Shown here piece by piece: positions 22,014-27,512 of a stretch of 27,512 nucleotides of DNA. The position numbers and the translations under genes were made by a program. Below the pieces are notes generated by a model. It was not told the DNA's origin and ran no database searches. It worked only from the letters and a program-made list of their open reading frames with translations. The number at the start of each line of letters is the position of its first letter. Position 1 is the stretch's first letter. The DNA is from an uncultured archaeon (GTDB taxonomy: Archaea; CAYFZR01). The stretch lies in assembly GCA_964347835.1 (NCBI GenBank), contig CAYFZR010000051.1, positions 1-27,512 of the forward strand. Reading direction: 5' to 3'.

Positions 22014-22403
22014 ATGACTATCCAACGTATAATAGGAGTTCTGCAAGTAGTTTTCGGGTTGGTCTTAATAGCCATTGCTAGTTACTACGCAGGAGTAGCC
22101 AAAGATATACTGAAAGAGCAGGCCATGTTCACAGTAGAGGCTTTTTATCTCTCTCTGATTCTTATTCTACTGCCCGGCATATTGCTCTTCCTTGGAGGTT
22201 TTTCCTTACTATATGCATCAAAGAGACCATTAAAAGTTGGTCCTCCGGTCATCAGAGATGATGGAACATTTCTCGGTGAACTAGAGGCAATAACGTTAGA
22301 TCCTTCGACACAGAACGTGAGGATCGTAATGAAAAGGGAAGAAGTTGAAATAGACGATATCACGGACATAGACGAGTTTATAGTCGTTAGGAAGAGAGAA
22401 TAA
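22014..22403 (+). CDS. Small membrane protein: two TM helices plus a possible C-terminal PRC-barrel-like domain
   Basis: 129 aa with two hydrophobic segments (IIGVLQVVFGLVLIAIASYYAG and FYLSLILILLPGILLFLGGFSLLYA). The tail VIRDDGTFLGELEAITLDPSTQNVRIVMKREEVEIDDITDIDEFIVV resembles the PRC-barrel pattern. A TATA-like AAATATAAAA at 21982-21991 is centred about 27 nt upstream of the ATG. Confidence 0.55.
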   Translation: MTIQRIIGVLQVVFGLVLIAIASYYAGVAKDILKEQAMFTVEAFYLSLILILLPGILLFLGGFSLLYASKRPLKVGPPVIRDDGTFLGELEAITLDPSTQNVRIVMKREEVEIDDITDIDEFIVVRKRE

Positions 22404-22408
22404 CCCTT

Positions 22409-23059
22409 TTAAATTTCTCTACTTATAAACGGTCTTCCCTCCTCTTCAAAGGATATTTCAAAACCAATATCCATGAGGTACTCGTAGGTTCTCGTACCTT
22501 CACCATGTATCAGCACCTCAACAAAATCTTGTTTCGTATCCACATCAACTGATAGTAAAAAAGAATCATAAATAGCGTATCTCAATTTTTTCTTTTTTAG
22601 AAGTTTTAAATGTCTGAAAAAACTTATACCATTGAAAAGCGGATCTATAACATTCTTAGGAGACCTATATAACATCGATGTTCCACCCGCCCGTGAAGGA
22701 ACGATAATAACTTCTTTGTCAGAGCCCATTTCCATAATCTTTTCAATATGGAATCTTTTTATTAGAGGAACATCAGCGGGAACTATAATGCTTGCGTCCG
22801 CCTCTATATTTTTAGTTGCATTTATGAGAGCGCTATTTAAATCGGAGGCATCATAAAATATATCCGCTTTATATTCTGGTTTAATATTTTTTTCCGGTGT
22901 AACAATATAAATTTCTAATCCAAAATCAAAAAATACACTGCAGACATCGTTTAACATCGCCATGGTAAACTCTTTTCTCTCTTCTTCAATCAGTACATCA
23001 GATAACCTTGTTTTACATTTAGACAGTGAGTTTAAGGGTATTAAGACAGTATTTTTCAT
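22409..23059 (-). CDS. cofC: 2-phospho-L-lactate guanylyltransferase (F420 biosynthesis)
   Basis: 216 aa. The N-terminal VLIPLNSLSKCKTRLS, IIVPADVPLI, IIVPSRAGGTSMLY and RYAIYDSFLLSVDVDT blocks resemble archaeal CofC (MJ0887 type). It sits inside an F420 gene cluster. Confidence 0.85.
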   Translation of the reverse strand: MKNTVLIPLNSLSKCKTRLSDVLIEEERKEFTMAMLNDVCSVFFDFGLEIYIVTPEKNIKPEYKADIFYDASDLNSALINATKNIEADASIIVPADVPLIKRFHIEKIMEMGSDKEVIIVPSRAGGTSMLYRSPKNVIDPLFNGISFFRHLKLLKKKKLRYAIYDSFLLSVDVDTKQDFVEVLIHGEGTRTYEYLMDIGFEISFEEEGRPFISREI

Positions 23060-23080
23060 GGTTAAAAAATAAATAGGGGA

Positions 23081-24121
<1,041 letters not shown>

Positions 24122-24140
24122 TCATCGAATAATAATTAGC

Positions 24141-25274
24141 ATGTTATTTAAAGATATTACAGACTTATGTGGGAGGTTAAAGGAGGGTAAAGAACTATCA
24201 AAGGAGGATGCTCTTTCACTCCTTGATTCTGACCTTCACGCAATAGATCTTTTGTTTTCAACTGCTAGAGAGATTTTTATAAAGAATAAGAACGAGATAA
24301 CCTTTTCAAAAAACATCTTTTTACCCATAACTAATGTATGTAGGAACAGATGTTATTACTGTGGTTTTAGAAGAGATATAGATTCTGATGAAGCCCTTCT
24401 CATGAATTTAGAGGAGGTAAATAATATTTTGAAGGAGGCAGAGAAGAAGGACTGTAAAGAGGCACTGATTAGTACTGGAGAAAAGCCTGAAGAAATACCA
24501 GAATTTAGGAGAAAACTCAAAAAAATTGGTTATGATTACCTTATAGAATACGTATACGATATATGCAAAAATATACATGAAAATTCCGCACTTTTGTGTC
24601 ACACAAACATAGGAATATGCGATTACGACGAGTTAAAGATGTTGAAAGAGTACAATGCAAGTTTGGGTCTCATGTTGGAGACTACAGCAAAAATCTCAGC
24701 ACATAACGAGAGTCCAGGAAAAGATCCAAAATTACGCCTAAAAACCATTGAAAACGCTGGAAGGCTAAGAATCCCATTTACGACTGGCTTATTGATAGGA
24801 ATAGGGGAGTCAAACGTTGATATAGTAGAGTCTCTCTATGAGATAAAAAAATTACAAGTAAGATACGGACACATACAGGAGATAATCATTCAAAATTTCA
24901 AACCAAAACCGAAAACTCCCTTTGAAAATAGAACTGAGCCAGACAGGCTAAAAACGCTCAAAATAATATCTCTCTCAAGGTTAATTTTCCCAGAAGCGAA
25001 CATTCAATTTCCGCCGAATTTAAATCCGGATTTATTTCAAATAGCCTTACTATCGGGGGCTAATGATCTAGGAGGAGTATCTCCTCTTACTTTAGATTAC
25101 ATCAATCCAGAAGAGCCTTGGCCTTCTTACGAAGAATTAAAAATAAAAGTTAGCGAGATAGGATTCAATTTAAAGGAAAGGTTACCAGTTTATGATGATT
25201 TCATCAGTGAGAAATGGCTTCCAAAAGAAATATATGAGAAATGTATTAGGCTTCGGAGGAACTTAGATGTTTGA
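24141..25274 (+). CDS. cofG: FO (7,8-didemethyl-8-hydroxy-5-deazariboflavin) synthase subunit CofG, radical SAM
   Basis: Radical-SAM motif CRNRCYYCGF, with a CofG-like length of 377 aa from ATG 24141. The track ORF start at 24030 would add 37 low-complexity residues overlapping the mer 5' end and promoter, so it is rejected. An 8-nt overlap (ATGTTTGA) joins it to cofH. Confidence 0.9.
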   Translation: MLFKDITDLCGRLKEGKELSKEDALSLLDSDLHAIDLLFSTAREIFIKNKNEITFSKNIFLPITNVCRNRCYYCGFRRDIDSDEALLMNLEEVNNILKEAEKKDCKEALISTGEKPEEIPEFRRKLKKIGYDYLIEYVYDICKNIHENSALLCHTNIGICDYDELKMLKEYNASLGLMLETTAKISAHNESPGKDPKLRLKTIENAGRLRIPFTTGLLIGIGESNVDIVESLYEIKKLQVRYGHIQEIIIQNFKPKPKTPFENRTEPDRLKTLKIISLSRLIFPEANIQFPPNLNPDLFQIALLSGANDLGGVSPLTLDYINPEEPWPSYEELKIKVSEIGFNLKERLPVYDDFISEKWLPKEIYEKCIRLRRNLDV

Positions 25275-26394
25275 TTTTCTTATTAAGCATGTCGATCCTC
25301 TAATAGCATCTTTACTTGACCGTGTAATGGATAAAAAAAAGCTTAAAGAGGATGATTACATCACTTTAATGAATGTTAAGGGGCCCGAACTCTTATTGCT
25401 ACAAATAGCAGCAGATTTAGTTAGGAAGAGAGAGGTTGGAGACTACGTTAGTTTTGTGGTTAACAGAAACATCAACTTCACCAACATATGTGTAGGCGAC
25501 TGTAGTTTCTGCGCTTTTAGAAGAGCACCTAACCATCCTGAGGCTTATTTTTTAAGTATAGATGAGATTTTACAAAGAGTAAGAGATTCTAAGAAACTTG
25601 AAATAACAGAGATTTGTATACAAGGCGGGTTGCATCCGGACATTGATATAACATACTATGAAAGTATGATTAAAAGAATAAAGCAAGAATTTCCGGATAT
25701 ACATATACACGGCTTTTCTCCCATGGAAATCTACTATATGGCAAAAAAATCTGATCTAAATATAACAGAGGTTTTGAAGATATTGAAAGGCGCTGGCTTA
25801 GATTCTATACCTGGAACTGCAGCAGAGATACTTTTTGATGAAATTAGGTCGGTTATATGTCCGAAAAAAATAAATACGGATGAGTGGGCTGAGATAATAA
25901 AGTCTGCTCATAAATTAGGGATACGTACCACATGCACCATGATGTACGGCCACATAGAAGGCCCGAAGGAAAAAATAAGACATCTATTGTTGTTAAAAGA
26001 GATTCAAAAAGAGACCGGTGGATTTACGGAATTCGTGCCCTTAAGTTTCATACATCAAAATACCGATCTTTACAAAAGCAATAAAGCAAGACCTGGCGCT
26101 ACAGGAGCAGAGGATCTGAAGGTAATATGCTTATCCAGAATTATTTTTGAAGGTTACATTAAGAATATACAAGCGTCTTGGGTTAAATTAGGTCAAAAAC
26201 TCGCTCAATTAATGCTTAACGCCGGAGCAAACGATCTTGGCGGAACCCTTTTTGAAGAAAACATATCAAGAAGTGCGGGGGCAAGATACGGAGAATACTT
26301 AAAAAAAGAAGAGATGATTAGAATCATAAAAGATATCGGTAGAGCACCTGTTGAGAGAAACACTGTATACGAAAAATTGAGACTATATTTATGA
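25267..26394 (+). CDS. cofH: FO synthase subunit CofH, radical SAM
   Basis: 375 aa with radical-SAM motif CVGDCSFCAF and GANDLGGT near the C-terminus, as in the CofG/CofH/MqnC-type family. Paired with cofG. Confidence 0.88.
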   Translation: MFDFLIKHVDPLIASLLDRVMDKKKLKEDDYITLMNVKGPELLLLQIAADLVRKREVGDYVSFVVNRNINFTNICVGDCSFCAFRRAPNHPEAYFLSIDEILQRVRDSKKLEITEICIQGGLHPDIDITYYESMIKRIKQEFPDIHIHGFSPMEIYYMAKKSDLNITEVLKILKGAGLDSIPGTAAEILFDEIRSVICPKKINTDEWAEIIKSAHKLGIRTTCTMMYGHIEGPKEKIRHLLLLKEIQKETGGFTEFVPLSFIHQNTDLYKSNKARPGATGAEDLKVICLSRIIFEGYIKNIQASWVKLGQKLAQLMLNAGANDLGGTLFEENISRSAGARYGEYLKKEEMIRIIKDIGRAPVERNTVYEKLRLYL

Positions 26395-26470
26395 ACGAAA
26401 AAAAATTAACAAGATATTTTTTCATTTTCAAAAACAAAAAATCATATAGTATAAATCCCTTATTTAATGC

Positions 26471-26923
26471 ATGAAAGTTCTCTTGGAGTACTTTAAGGAT
26501 TTTCAATTGATGCTTCCAGCAACTCCTGGTGGTAGCTGCTGCCTCCATCCTGAAGTTAGAGAGAGCAAAATAAGCAGAAATCTAAATAACAAATTATGGT
26601 TGCTAAAAAAAGAGTTAAAAGACCAAATCGAACTTTGCGTCATAAACGAAGTTCCAAAAGATGCATATCCATATATTGCAATGATATCGTACAAAAGATT
26701 CGAGAGCGCTGTGAAAGAGTTTGTTTATAAAATTAGGGAAAAGCCAATGGGTATAATTCGCCCCAAGGAGAATTTCCTTATATTTTTGATAAAATATCTT
26801 CTCGGAAAAAGGACTTTCATACCGTTTGGACCATACGACGATATAAACGATCTAAAACAAAAGATAACAACTGTAGAAGAGAAATTTATGCCCTTGGTTA
26901 CTTTTACTGAGGACGTTCATTAG
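26471..26923 (+). CDS. Hypothetical protein with N-terminal Cys-Cys pair
   Basis: 150-aa ORF with TATA-like ATAGTATAAAT at 26446-26456 upstream. The N-terminus reads MKVLLEYF...TPGGSCCLHPE. No family confidently recognised. Confidence 0.5.
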   Translation: MKVLLEYFKDFQLMLPATPGGSCCLHPEVRESKISRNLNNKLWLLKKELKDQIELCVINEVPKDAYPYIAMISYKRFESAVKEFVYKIREKPMGIIRPKENFLIFLIKYLLGKRTFIPFGPYDDINDLKQKITTVEEKFMPLVTFTEDVH

Positions 26924-27030
26924 TTCATATTGAAATTCTCCGATTTCTTTTTCTTTAGAAATCTTGAAGTACGACCTTTTCGGCACCTCCATCCGGAATT
27001 TTTAAGAAGTAGTTGATTTTTTTTAATTCC

Positions 27031-27512
27031 ATGGATCTTGATGAACTGGACGTTAAGATACTAGATCTTCTACAAAGAGATGGACGGGCATCTTACAGTG
27101 TTATTGCCCAGAAATTAAATGTTACACCTCCTACGGTGCGCAGTCGCGTCGATCGTATGATTGACCTCAGAATCATCAAGAACTTCGGCATACAAATAAA
27201 CACAGATGCTTTACCCTATTTAATTACCGGTTTCTTGTTGGTCACAACCAAACCCAGCAACATAGAGTCTATAGCGAAGGAAATAGCAGATTTAAGCGAG
27301 GTTAAAAGGATCTATCATACAGCTGGAGATCATGGTCTGTTTGTTGAGGTTTTAGTCAATAGTTTCGCTGATTTTCGAGATTTATTGAACACCAAATTCT
27401 CAGATATCAAAGAAATTGAAAAGATAGATACACTGATCGTAACTAAGACTGAAAAAAGTGATTTTTCATTAGACTTGAGACCTACAACCATAAAATTGGA
27501 ATGCGCCTACTG
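27031..27512 (+). CDS. Lrp/AsnC-family transcriptional regulator (HTH plus RAM domain), 3' end runs off the window
   Basis: Hand translation gives MDLDELDVKILDLLQRDGRASYSVIAQKLNVTPPTVRSRVDRMIDLRIIKNF (AsnC-type HTH) followed by a RAM-like domain (...VKRIYHTAGDHGLFVEVLV...). The frame is still open after 160 codons and ends ...KLECAY+TG. It is not in the ORF track because there is no stop in the window. TATA-like AATTTTTAAG at 26998-27007 is centred about 29 nt upstream of the ATG. Confidence 0.88.
   Translation, partial: MDLDELDVKILDLLQRDGRASYSVIAQKLNVTPPTVRSRVDRMIDLRIIKNFGIQINTDALPYLITGFLLVTTKPSNIESIAKEIADLSEVKRIYHTAGDHGLFVEVLVNSFADFRDLLNTKFSDIKEIEKIDTLIVTKTEKSDFSLDLRPTTIKLECAY

Noticed and set aside
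26324-26548. A 74-aa minus-strand ORF spanning the cofH 3' end and the next gene's 5' end.
   Set aside because: It overlaps two better-supported plus-strand genes and their intergenic promoter, and has low-complexity composition.

Overview
AT-rich archaeal (euryarchaeote-type) chromosomal segment with GC-rich stable RNA genes. The core, about 7.1-20.1 kb on the minus strand, is the classical transcription/translation superoperon: rpoH, split rpoB''/rpoB', rpoA', rpoA'', rpl30e, nusA, rps12, rps7, EF-2, EF-1alpha, rps10. It is followed by tRNA-Ser, a DUF72 gene and archaeosine tRNA-guanine transglycosylase, and preceded by a tRNA-Tyr / 5S rRNA / tRNA-Asp / tRNA-Lys cluster. The right side carries a coenzyme F420 cluster (cofC and mer divergent from cofG-cofH), several small orphan genes and a partial Lrp/AsnC regulator. 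The left side carries an SSF-type transporter, a 259-aa orphan, and a large ORF absent from the ORF track because it runs off the window. By hand translation this ORF ends in a CHAT/caspase-like His-Cys domain. The two items most worth follow-up are this CHAT-like protein with an unrecognised roughly 460-aa N-terminal region, and a 153-codon reading frame (20833-21297) cut by one in-frame TGA with no canonical restart codon behind it. I saw no CRISPR array, transposase, integrase or intein. All family calls are motif recognition by eye; no searches were run.
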